A stretch of 62,179 nucleotides of DNA, filler included, from Choristocarpus tenellus KU-1152 (taxonomy: Eukaryota > Protista > Phaeophyceae), in the NCBI GenBank assembly GCA_964200185.2. It is 9 parts of 9 records of this genome, joined end to end, with 100 filler letters (N's around TTAATTAATTAA, not from the genome) between each part and the next. Parts side by side here need not be neighbours in the genome. Positions count along the whole stretch, not along the records: positions 27,107 to 30,630 come from CAXNAD020019460.1; positions 30,731 to 37,770 come from CAXNAD020006801.1; positions 37,871 to 40,923 come from CAXNAD020022654.1; 6 more parts are not named here. One strand, given 5' to 3'. The notes beneath the pieces were generated by a model. That model was given only the letters and a program-made list of their open reading frames with translations. It searched no databases and was not told the DNA's origin. Of the stretch, positions 27,107 through 38,402 are shown piece by piece (the first letter of the stretch is position 1; each line of letters begins with the position of its first letter). A program made the translations under genes and the position numbers.

Positions 27107-27274
27107 GGGGGGGGGGGGTGGCAGCTGTCCATTTGAGGTCAATTTTTTTATGTCGCGATTTTTGTGTGATTTGGTTGCATACATTGGATGGATAATGAAA
27201 GAGCACTTTTCCTGGTTATGGGACAAATGGACACCCTGGTGCAGATCCTCCCCCCCTCCCAGATACTTCGGGTC
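27107..27274. mobile_element. MITE family B, left TIR lost at contig start
   Basis: Interior matches the 18333 copy; ends ccagatacttcgggtc. Confidence 0.85.
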
Positions 27275-27469
27275 ATCTATAGATAAAATGTACTGCCTTG
27301 GAACATTTTTATCTAGAGTTTGTAAGAGGATACGGATATGCTGTCATGCCTCCACCCCCTCATCCCCATCAATATGATAGTCACGCCTTTATTCCTCTGA
27401 TTTGTAGGACCACAGCTATACAAAACTCCTATGAGAACACCCGGGTCATCTGGTATATTTTCCAACACT

Positions 27470-27650
27470 GACCCAAAGTACCTGGGGTGGGGGAGGGAGT
27501 CCACATCAGGGTGTCCATTTGACACAAAATCAGGAAAAGTGACCTTATATTATCCATCCGACGTATGCAACCAAATCACCCAAAAATCGCGACACGAAAA
27601 AAATGACCCCAAATGGACAGCCGCCACCCCCCCCCCAGATACTTTGAGCC
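27470..27650. mobile_element. MITE family B, inverted orientation, ACT TSD
   Basis: act|gacccaaagtacct ... agatactttgagcc|act. Confidence 0.9.
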
Positions 27651-27898
27651 ACTAGATCACGCCCTGGAAGTATCTACTGAGAAGCTAAGGGGGTGGGTAG
27701 TTCCATGATCCGTATGCAGAGAAAAAAAAAAATGTAGTTCCTTGTTCAAATGGACACAGATATTTCTTGATCTCATTCCTTGAAGGTTTTTGTCAACTCA
27801 TAACAGTACTACGTCTAGAAATGACAGTCTCGTCCCATTTATTGGAGGCTTGACACATCACATTCATGGAAGACGAAACCACAATACCTAGAGGTGTC

Positions 27899-30574
27899 CT
27901 AGTCCAAGAACAGATTCTGAGCTGGTGCAGTGTATTCTTCAAAATGTAAAAAAAAAACCTTCAGTGCAATAGCATCTGAGGTAATAGAATTGGTGTACAC
28001 ATCACCTGGGGCCTGGTAGGTTAGACCATCCTCCCTAGATCCTCCTCCACTCCCACTGCTGCCTCCTAATCGACCTGAGGATGGCAATCCCCCCAAGGCA
28101 AAGGCATAGCCACTGCAGAAGGGGGGGGTGACTGCTGGTGTCAATGAGCCCTGTGATTGCAAAGACTCTGGTAATACTCCAGGCAAGAGACCCCTGTCCA
28201 AAGTGGGTTGTAATACCCAGCCATTCTCGTTTCTCCTATTTTCCTGACCTGAACACCGTCCCTCTCCCTGCCCCCCAAACCCTCCATTGCCCCTAGTGCC
28301 GTTAATTCTCCCCCCTTCACTCTCCCTGGAGTCCTGCTGATGCTCTAGTCCTATTGAATCCAGCAATGCATCTGGCAGTGAAGCTGACCTTTGACGGTGG
28401 GTCTGCAGCCTGTGTCTGGCCCTGTGTCTGTCATTGAGCCCTTCTCCATTGCCTCTACAGCTATCAGCAGGTGTTGAGGTACGGCCCCGCCTCCTACTGT
28501 AGCCCTCCCGACCAGTCACTGTTCTCACAGCTGCGCTGTTCCCTGGGGATGGGGACTGCGAGGGTGAAGATGTTCTCGACCTAGACCATGACCCTGACCC
28601 ATTACTCTCTGAAGGCACAACCAGGTGCTGCTCCATACCTGCCGGGGAAAAGGATAGGGGAGAGCCCCAATTGGAAAAACTTACTCTTTGTCTCTCAGCA
28701 CCCCCTCCGATCCCCCCACTTCCTCTACTACTTTGAGTCCCTGCTCCCGCCTCAATATGGACACAAATGGGACTTCCCTCGAGCATCTCTGCACCAAAGC
28801 CATTGTGTATATCATGCTCATCTATGCCCCCCTCTCCACCCCCTTCCTCCTCTCCCTCTCCCTTCCTATCCCCCCCTTCTTCTCCTTCTCCCTCCCCATT
28901 CCATAGACCAAATGAACGTTGCTGGAGCCGCCTTCGCCGCCTACCCAACACCCCTGCACGGCATGGTGGGCGATTCCTATCACCCCCTGATGCGACTACG
29001 TCAGATCCATCCTTGTCGCCTTCGATTCCTGTGCCAAGTCCTGAGCCTGCTAGCAACAATGGAGCCCCATGCAATCCATGCATGCTCTGCCCTTGGGTAG
29101 ACGGTGCATCCTCGCTATCAAAGTTCTCCATGGAAGCTGTGTCATTGCTTTCCATTAGGCCCCCATTGCTCCTGCTGTCTAGACATCCTCTTGGTGTCTG
29201 GACCCTGCAAACTACCGGAGTTGGTATGCAAGGGACCCCTGACCTGGTTGAAATGTTGTTGGGGAAGATTTTGTCCTGACAATACCCCCCCATTGTGGAG
29301 GTTTTATGCGAGATATTTCGGGCCATGGGGCTGCTTCTGGAATTGACTCTAGCCCAACTAAAATAGGCCCCAAAGAATGAGAAGAGGAGGGGATGGAGGG
29401 AAAGGTAAAGGACAGAAGCGATATTAAAGTAGGGATTAGGAATGATACAGACTACTCAATGGAAAAGAGTGGTTAATGTCTGCCATACTTTGAACCAACA
29501 AAATAATAAACATAGAGAAAAAAGCAAGAGCAACCTGTTTGCAGACTACATCTTGTCCCAGGTTGGGCTACATGATAACTGAACATTTGGCCTCGGCGAG
29601 AAAAATATCACCACAACGTGCTTTGTTAATTGTGAATTTTCACCTTGAGACATGATGCGATTGCTTGAGGAAGGTATGATTCATAAGCTGTTTTACACTA
29701 TGTCGCTGCTCTGGATCAGGTGCACAGCAGGCGGAAATGAATGCCTGTGCCTCTGGGGAGACCTCCCTGTAAAGGGTGGAGACAGCAGCAAGGTGGAGAA
29801 GAGAGAGGCAGTATTATGATACATAGTAGCTAGAAATCAGTCCTTTCTCTCTTTGTCCCTCAAGGGAGTAAGGAGTTATCCATCTATAGTAGTAGTAAAA
29901 CCTATGAGTGAAAGTATCTTAAGGTTAGGGTAGGGCCACGTCCGTTTGGCGGCCAAAACCCAATGTTGAAACTATGATGTAATTTTGGCTATCGTGTTTG
30001 TTAGGAAGTGTCAATATCCTTGTTCCAGACACACCTTTTCATAACATACACATTTTTTTACCTACTCCATAACATTTCGGAGTAGGTAAAATGTCATTAA
30101 AAAAACTGTGGGAGTCCAAGCCCCAAATGGACAAACAGGGTGAAACTCCTACCCTCTAAGATACTTTCACCCTATCTTTCCCAACCTTGCCATCTACCCT
30201 CCCTCCTACAAGCAATGGAGGCTGAAATTGGAGGCAAAAATATCATGTTCCTACTAACAGATCAATTGATACTCTTACATATTCAGTGGTGGGCGCTTCC
30301 CCTTTCCAATGCAGAACAATGCCGCCATTGGGTGTTGGATATCAGGCCAAGGGTTGCGCCCAGTGAGCATCTCTACTACAGTGCATCCAACACTCCACAC
30401 ATCCGCCTTGAACCAGCCTATATCTGTCTGCTGCCCCCGTATCACCTCCGGGGCCATCCACTGGGGCGTGCCCTTCAGGCCACTGAGGAAACTATCATGT
30501 CCCATTTGCTTGCTTGCCCCAAAGTCTGCCAGCTTGATTGAGTCACCATCACGAGACACAAGTACGTTTGCTCC
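27899..30574 (-). CDS. STE11/NPK1-like MAP kinase kinase kinase, 5'-truncated; exons 30279-30574, 29644-29766, ~27899/27959-29357
   Basis: GANVLV, KLADFGASK, GTPQWMAPEV, ADVWSVGCTVVEMLTG..PW, AALFCIG motifs, then EVSPEAQAFISACCAPDPEQR..KQLMNHTF, spliced in phase to a long Gly/Ser/Arg-rich tail. Confidence 0.9.
29906..30172. mobile_element. MITE family A in a kinase intron, TAT TSD
   Basis: tat|gagtgaaagtatctt ... aagatactttcaccc|tat. Confidence 0.9.
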
Positions 30575-32488
30575 CTAGTGACAGAAAACAAGGGATGCCA
30601 TTGGAGGATCAGACTCAAAGTATCTGGGGGNNNNNNNNNNNNNNNNNNNNNNNNNNNNNNNNNNNNNNNNNNNNTTAATTAATTAANNNNNNNNNNNNNN
30701 NNNNNNNNNNNNNNNNNNNNNNNNNNNNNNTTTGTTGCGTTACGGGGCATTAGTTTTTGAAATGGATAATGTGACTGAGTCTGTATTTCTATTTGTCAAT
30801 TTAGCATGGGGGGGGGGTTTCTAGACACATGCTACTGCAAAGGTGAGTAGTAATTGTTTGAACCTTGTGTTCAGATACTGGGAGGTAGTTTTGAGTGAAA
30901 AGAACAATACCTATATTCCAATATGGTATAGGGCAAAAGAAAAATCTTGAATCTTATTTGTCTTAGTGTAATTGTTGCAGCCCATAATGGATGTATGATG
31001 AGATGATTGGTGATGACCTATATGTACTGAGAAGGTTTATAGGGGAGTGGAGAGAACTCTGCTACGGCTTAGTTACAGTCTCAATGACCACGTCTTCTTC
31101 TCTGTGCTGCAATTGTAAGAAAATGTTTGAAGGACTGGGAGGGGGGAACGAGACATGTTGTGTGCTAGACCAGGAGAAAAGTATGGTAGAGAGCAAGCAG
31201 TTATCTCCAGCTGATAATCTGTGTAGGTTCAGGGCAAGACTCAAGGCATTTCCTCTCTCTCTTGAGATGGAACATAGAAGTGACTCTATCCTTGCTTGTT
31301 CTGAACCTTCTGTGGTAGGTACCCCGTATGTTGTGTGTTTGGTGTAAGGCCTTATTGTAGTTCCACTATTGTATGAGCTAGTCTCTGTACTATGCCAAGG
31401 ACAGGTCTTGTCACTGTTGCTTGTGGGTGTGGGAAACAAGTTCTGTGTTTTTTTTGTGTGGTTGAGGTTCTTTGAAAAACTCATGCACCAGACCAGCACA
31501 GCCCAGAGATGCTCTTTCTCACTTTTTAGTCTGTCTCTGTTAATAGTGGTGTTCACAGTTTTGTGCTGCCAGGTTTGTTTTGTATACTATTAATTTTTTT
31601 ATTTCTCATTGTTACCACCTTGATATTATTCTCTACACTGTGGATGGTTTGTAGGGGTATCGTACCTTCATCGTTGCTGGCCTTGCCCAAGCGAAAAGAT
31701 TTGTTTTTAGAATCAATAGGATTGTGGAGCTTTCTACTTTTTTCTACAAGTAGTCCATATGTTGGAGTGTTTTCAAACAATATTTACAGGTAATGCATAC
31801 CAATAGCTACTACTTTTGGGCACAGGGAATTCTGTTGGTAAAAGTCGTAGCACGTGCTGCAGTAATGTGAACAAGGCTATGGAGCCACCTATTTGTTCAG
31901 ATTCCAGTGAAAATCTTTTGTGAGTGCTTCAGAAGAGTAGCTAGCTATTACCACTTGACTCCTTTGCTTTTAGTGATAATGCACATAGTTCCAACTGTGG
32001 GTGTGGTGCTAGTAAGATACGGTGCTTTGTTGTGAAGGTCTTGAAATTTTGAGGATTAGCCAGCAGGATCTGTTGTAAGTACAGTATATGCCTGCATTGT
32101 TGAACTTCAAAAAATTACATTTCGAAATGCTCTTCATCCCAACTTTTCTTTCCCTGTTTCATGGAACTCTTGAGTGTATTGTAGACCCCAATCTGTGGAC
32201 ATAGCTGTGGTGACTGAATAGTTCCTCAAAAAGGATCTTACCAAAGTAGACAACAATTGTACAAGTTTCCGGAGTGACAATTTTCGAAATATAAATTTCT
32301 CAACAGTTGCTCACAGTCAGACAGTGAGTTCCCTGGACTAGGGTTCAAAATCTACCCTGCATGGTGTGTGGGCCATCTCGATTTTCTCGTACACTACCTA
32401 AGTGCAAGCTGTGGAGGGAGACAACAACACACGTATTCTTAAACTGATTATTTATTGTTGCTGTATACTTTAAAAAAAGATACCACAG

Positions 32489-32658
32489 GGGTGAAAGTAT
32501 CTGGGGGGGGGGGTTTGTGAGGGGACGTCCGTTTCAGTCAAACTTTTTTGCTGACGTTTCAAATCCGACACGTGCGACCAAACCACAACAAAAAACTGAA
32601 AATCGAAAAAAGGGTGAAAAATGGATGACGATACTCCCCCCTCCAGATACTTTGACCC
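32489..32658. mobile_element. MITE (family C) with the shared TIR
   Basis: gggtgaaagtatctgggg ... ctccagatactttgaccc; interior differs from families A and B. Confidence 0.8.
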
Positions 32659-32925
32659 ACCGATTACTTCCTGCATATATAGTTTTGTGGGGATTCGTAG
32701 ATAGAAGCATATAGTGAACCCTTCCACTCACTCTAACCTCCAAGCCCCCTTGTTAAATGTTGACGTTATATTCATTGTGGAAAATTATATTATTATGTCT
32801 CTTCAGGATCTTTGTATGTGTGTTTATATACATGTACAGGAGGTGGATGGTAGTAATTACTTGTTACGTTATGTGTGGCAAGAGTTGTGGAAGGTAATAT
32901 GCTGCAAGAAGCATGATACCATACA

Positions 32926-34785
32926 CTCCCTCTGTTCCATATGTCTGTGCCGTTAAGTTGTAGCTGTTTAAAATGACCTCTGATACAAACCGGACTTCTG
33001 TGTTGGATACCTTCGGTTACTTCACGTTAAGAATATAAATTTCAAAGAATTTCACCAAGAACTCTGTGCAGAAATGGTTATGAAAGAATGGGACACAGAA
33101 AGGGGTATCTTCCTTCCATTTTTTAATATTCCTGCTGCAGCGTGGAGCCATACAACACTCCCACAACCTCCATTGTGAGTTCTCACAGCCCATTGTCCCC
33201 AGCACGAAGCCCATCGTCTCGAGGAAAGAACTGCAAGTTGACAAAAGAAGGTTAGACTGCACTTGCTCTGTGCTGTACATTGGCTCTTCCTCTGGGTCAC
33301 AAGAGGTTCCTGAGGGGTGTGGGGTCTAAATTGGCGAACGAGTTTGGAGTGGGAGAGAGACACCTCAGGCGGATGTGGGTGCGCATCAAAGAACAGTTGG
33401 ACAGGGAGAATACTGTCTCCCTGAAGTCACAAGCACAATCTGGACAGCCGTCAGACTTTACGCCAACGAACAAGCAAAGATCCTGGAAATCAGTGCCAGT
33501 AATTGCATGCTATCAATCGACCAAGCTTGCCAAAGTGGGTTTCACAGTCGGCAGCTTGAAGTCATGTGGGCAATGAGGGTTCAGCGACGCATCACCCCTA
33601 GCCTTTTGTTTTCTCACAAGAACAGAGTGGACTTCATCCTCAACCAGATCTCCTGCAACTGCAAAACCTACAGACAGGACTGGCCTCAACACCATTCACA
33701 TCAATATGGCATGGTTCTACCTCATCCGCAAAAGAGAGATGGTGAACATGTTCCCGGGGGAGGAAAAGGTGGGCTTGACGAAGGTGCAGCTCAAGAGTCA
33801 CATTCCCAAAATCATGTTCATCTCCGCCATTTTGCACCCGGATCCTTCCCATAATTTCGATGGCAAGATTGGGATCTGGCAAGTTTGTAGCACAAAGGAG
33901 GCACAAAGGACTACAGTGCAATACACAAAGGGCGAGGAGTATGAGGTCAGCATCACTGTTGACACTGAGTGGTACCTGGAGTGGTACACGGAGCAGATGT
34001 TGGCTGTGATCAAGGAAAAAGTGCTGTGGCTAGAATCGGGGGGGGCCTTCATACAGCAGGACAGTGTGACCCCTCATATGGGCAAGGACACAGTGCAGGA
34101 GCTGAATGCAGCAGGGATGAAGGAGGGATGGAATATTAAGCTTGTGACACAGCCAGCGCAGTCACCAGATCTCAACATCTATGGTTTATTTTTTTCTGTA
34201 TCTGTGAAGAGCAGGGTTTGGGTGGAGCATTATGGCACCGATGAACTTATCGAGAGGGTTTCAAGCATGATCCGCGCATATGACGGAGACATGCTCGAGA
34301 GGGTGTGACAGAGTCTGTTTAAGAGGCACAATCAGGTGTCAAGGGTGCTGGGGGGAACTATTTTGAGGTAGAGCACATCGGAACAAAGAAAAAGCAGCGG
34401 GAGGGCGGGTTGGCTAGATCAGTCGAAGTAGATAGAGCGGCCTCTGGGGTGGCCCAAGATTGGTGGGTTGATGTTGTCGAATATAGGTGAGACATAACTT
34501 TTTTTAATGTAAAACGGCTCAAAGTATCTGGGGGTAGGTGGTGACTGTCCATTCGGGGCCCATTTTTCCATGTCGCATTTTTTTTAATGTGATTTGGTTG
34601 CATGCGTCAGGTGGATAATGTAAGTGCACTTCTCCTGGTCAGGGCCCGAATGGACACCTTGGTGTAGACACCCTTCCTCCCCTGGATTCTTTGAGCCAAA
34701 ATTCCAAGGAATCCAACGCAAAGGTTTGTTTTGTTATAAGAGGTCATCCCGAAGAACTACAACTTAACGGCCCCGACAGAGGGAG
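32926..34785 (+). mobile_element. Full-length decayed Tc1/mariner DNA transposon (plant/oomycete-type DDD, Stowaway-like TIRs)
   Basis: TIRs ctccctctgttccatatgtctgtgccgttaagttgtag / ctacaacttaacggccc..gacagagggag; transposase fragments with WFYL, KSHIPKIMF, FDGKIG, QQD...PH, QPAQSPDLN; frameshifted. Confidence 0.92.
34516..34697. mobile_element. MITE family B nested in the mariner 3' region
   Basis: ggctcaaagtatctgg ... ggattctttgagcc; absent from the homologous mariner copy at ~59810. Confidence 0.9.
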
Positions 34786-35169
34786 CAATTAGTAATTGAA
34801 TGTACAAGCTAGCACATAAATACACCTGATGGCATGAAGTACATACAAGAAGATTTGGTTTTCTTACCACTTGGTTTTTGAATATATCACTCCCCCAGTG
34901 GGTACTCTATGTCTGGGATGTGTGCTTAATATATTCCACTTTTGTGGAGCATAAGTACATGAAGTTCCAAGTATGTGGAATTGACAATGCATATTTCTTG
35001 CTCCCTCTGAGATCTCAAGGTATAGCAGTGAGAGAAGAATATTGTTATGCTGCTTAGAGTTATGATGTATGCAAATAATAACGTATTGCACCATTTGGTA
35101 GTGGCTCTGCATAGTAGTAGTATAAATGCTATCTTAATAAGGGTTGGTAATTTCAATGTAATGTGTACA

Positions 35170-35720
35170 CTCCTCCTGCCTATAACCTAGGTTAGCCCTA
35201 CAAAGGTGGCGAGTACCTGGGGAAACATCCCAAGAATCTGCTAGACCAAGTCATCTCCCTTGTGGAGATGGATGTGTCATCCTGGAAGCTACGGGAGAAA
35301 ACTCTGGGGTTCAAAGGTAGACTGAACCTGCTGTAGCACTTTTGCTGTAGCCAGGCAGTGCCCCTGACCTTGATGACGTTATCTTCATCCCTCCCTCATC
35401 TAGGGGGAAAAGAAGATCACAGTTGTCTCCATATACCTTGGACACGTACTGTAGGAGTCCTGGTTGGGTTTCAGGAAGGACCTTGATGAAGGCCGAGTGA
35501 TATGCATTATTGAAGGCGTTTTTCCATCTGGGCTAACAGACCATTTGCCAATTTTGTTCTTAGGTGAATGTCCAGTAGCACACGTTCACCCCATTTGAGA
35601 TCCCTACTTCAAATTGCCCCATTCCTCTAAAGTTTTCCTCAAGGTGGGGGCGCCAGTCTGCACAGAAGGCTGAAGCACATACCCTTCTAACGAAAAGGCC
35701 ACAGCCTACTGTGTGGCAGT
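35170..35720 (-). mobile_element. CRE-like RT fragment
   Basis: Nucleotide similarity to 5600-5950; DGKNAFNNAYHSAFI motif. Confidence 0.75.
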
Positions 35721-36869
35721 TCTCCCCAGTTGTGGACGGTACTTCAGTATCCTGTGTAAAGTCGCACACTTGTACTGGGACACTCGAGTTACGACTACTA
35801 CAAATAAATTAAGCTGATGCTCGCAAGACCTTTACCTGATGGAGGGTCGTCCCCAGAGCAAAACGTAGAGAATATGTCCCTCAGCACAACATGTACAAAT
35901 AGTATTACTGTGCTCATACTTGGACTGTACCACCTGAAGCGACTACCACTACTGCAGAGCTACACTAGCACAACTTTACTCAACGAATTGCCTCAGCACT
36001 GTATCCACCACAACTCACAATACCGCACAACGCAGTATATGACAGGAATGTAGATAACCACGAAACAGCAGAAAAACAGTCCGTTCGTGTACACTCAGGA
36101 AAATTCCCTGAAGTCCTCCTGGTGCGTAGGTCTAGCAGCATGTGTTTTGACGGAACACATCCTGACCCTCCGCAGGAGGTTCACTGCATCTATATTGTCA
36201 CTCAATCCTGAGTACATGTCCAGCGACCTGAAAGCTCTTTGTATGGTTTCAACTCGTTGAGTGCTTCTGGCAGCTGCACCAACCCAGTGTCCTTGGAATG
36301 GTGGGCCACACCCTTCCCAGCGACTTGGGCTAGGTTAGCCTGTTACACTGCAAAAGCATCTCAGGCTCAACCCAGCACCTATTTGTATCATTCTATACTT
36401 TCCAAGGAATGGATGCAAGTATCGTCTGCTTTGCACTTGCCGCTGGCAATATTCGCAGCGATGCAGTGTGGCAGATTCAGTGCATCGAATTGTCACTGTC
36501 AGGGTCCTCTATTTCAATGCAATGGTTGCAGAGTTGGCCACCACACCCCCTGCGGTATATGTGGCTGTGGGGAGGTTGTGGTACGTTTTTTTGGAAATTT
36601 GTGCAGTTTTTCCGCACATGGCATGGTTTGTGCTGCGAGATGGTGCGCAGTGCACAGCCCCATATGTAACGGGTGCGGTCCTGTCTGCCGTGACAGAATG
36701 TGTAGTGCAGGAGGGAGTGTGCCGTGGTACCATGGCACAATCAATATAATTTCTCCAATATACAAGTTTTTTTTCAGCTTATATTGGCATTTCATAGATG
36801 CTGTGCCATGCTATCAACGGTGGTATCTATACATAGGATCATCAAGCTGGTCACAACAGTAGTCGTCAG

Positions 36870-37770
36870 GAGGTATATTGTTATATTTATGCCCTCTGAC
36901 ATTTTACAGATGTGTCAGGGAAAAATCAGCCAAAACTATTCACATGTCAGAATAAACCCTCAAAAAGTATCAGTTGTCATATATGTGAAAAACAGTATTA
37001 ATCTATTCACTATTTTACTACCAGTTATGCTATACTGTTCCCTTCCTGTGCCTCTAACCTAGCTTAGTCCTGTACTCCAGGGTGAGGGACTAGGAAGGCA
37101 TCCCACGAATCTAACAAACCCTTCCTTGCCCATCTCCCTGGTGCCTCCAGCTTAAAGCGCATTACCCGTCTGGATAGGGCTACCTGTGTTGTGACAGAAA
37201 CTGTCTGTCGCAGATGGGATTTGACAGTCCCCTTCCTGCTAGAGCCTCCTGTCCCTCTCCCCCCTACTGCGTGTGTAGCTAGCTCATCCAAAAAACTTTC
37301 CACTTGTTTACCGAGGCACCCAAAGCTCTCCCCTGCGAAGGGTTGAGGTTGTAACTATGAGGGTAAAAAAAAGAGTCCTCATAGTTGGTGCGCTTTCGTG
37401 CCTCAGCCGCAGCAGGAGGTACAATATTGGTGGTGGATGAGTGGGGAAGGTTGGAGGTTGACTGCACTTCTGCAAACGTAACATCTAACAGGAGGCCTTT
37501 GTCCTGATAGGGGGGTGATCCGGCGTCCAATGCCCCTGCATGGAAGACCAGATCCATACGGAAATTCCTGTCCATAATGAAGGGGCTACCGTCCTCCATA
37601 ATGCAAGGGATGCCCGTTCCCTAACACAGTTGACTGAGACGTTTCACCATAGGGGTGTGTTGTCGAACCTGGCCTCCTGCTCTGGAGCAGCTACGGGCAT
37701 GTCTGGTGTCAACATGTTGCCTTCTGCACCCAGTCACTGTGCACCTGTTTGGCATCAGTATCATCATCAG
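36870..37770 (-). mobile_element. CRE-like element 3' end (endonuclease + 3' UTR)
   Basis: MEDGSPF...KGLLLDVTFAEVQ...AAAEARK...VGGRGTGG...VSVTTQVALSRRVMRFK, paralogous to 3558-4184; 3' UTR also shared. Confidence 0.88.
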
Positions 37771-37870
37771 NNNNNNNNNNNNNNNNNNNNNNNNNNNNNN
37801 NNNNNNNNNNNNNNTTAATTAATTAANNNNNNNNNNNNNNNNNNNNNNNNNNNNNNNNNNNNNNNNNNNN

Positions 37871-38280
37871 CCAAGGGAAGTCAAGCCCCAAATGGACAAA
37901 CAGGGCAAAACTAGTACCCTTTAAGATACTTTCACTTATGGTGTGATGACCGATCTGATGCGGCTAGGGCGCATCCCATCGGGGCCTGGTGCAAAGTTAC
38001 TGTTCGCCCTTATGAAGGCCGTTCGAAGGGAGGTAGGTGGGTACTCCCCTTCCAGGGGGCAGTACCTTTGTTACCCAGATCTTGAATTCCCTTGTACCTT
38101 ATCTCTTGCGTCGGTGATGGCCTGTCTAAGCTCATCCTGGTTCTCACTCGGGTGTTTGGGGACCACCTCACTGAAAGCCTCCTCCATCCTGGTGCTGTGG
38201 GTTGTATATGTACAGATTCAACTCACTTCTAACCTCTTCTTTTTTTTGTGGCCCATCTTAAAAAACGTTGCGTGCGGTAT
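37871..38280 (-). mobile_element. MITE family A end (37871-37937) adjoining a CRE-like RT N-terminal fragment
   Basis: taccctttaagatactttcactt terminus; minus-strand APGPDGMRP RT motif at ~37968-37992. Confidence 0.7.
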
Positions 38281-38402
38281 GTAGATCATACCGCCACTTC
38301 ATCCTACACCTATTCTCTATCTACATGACACTACGCCAACAAGTCCTGTACATTTTCATCTTGTCCTCCGTCCTGGACATCAAGAGGGATACCTCTGGCA
38401 AA

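Noticed and set aside
28588-29346. Long plus-strand Pro/Ser-rich ORFs (similarly 3832-4449 and 50465-50929)
   Set aside because: Antisense shadows of real coding or TE sequence on the opposite strand
30991-32340. Coding-like minus-strand stretch (similarly 11845-12480, 36120-36750, 42533-43100, 58680-60580)
   Set aside because: Interrupted frames and no recognisable family or consistent splice model; may be old TE or pseudogene debris, left uncalled
32926-34785. Fanzor/TnpB cargo in the mariner
   Set aside because: Element length is accounted for by the transposase and the MITE; no RuvC or zinc-finger motifs seen here or elsewhere in the ORF track
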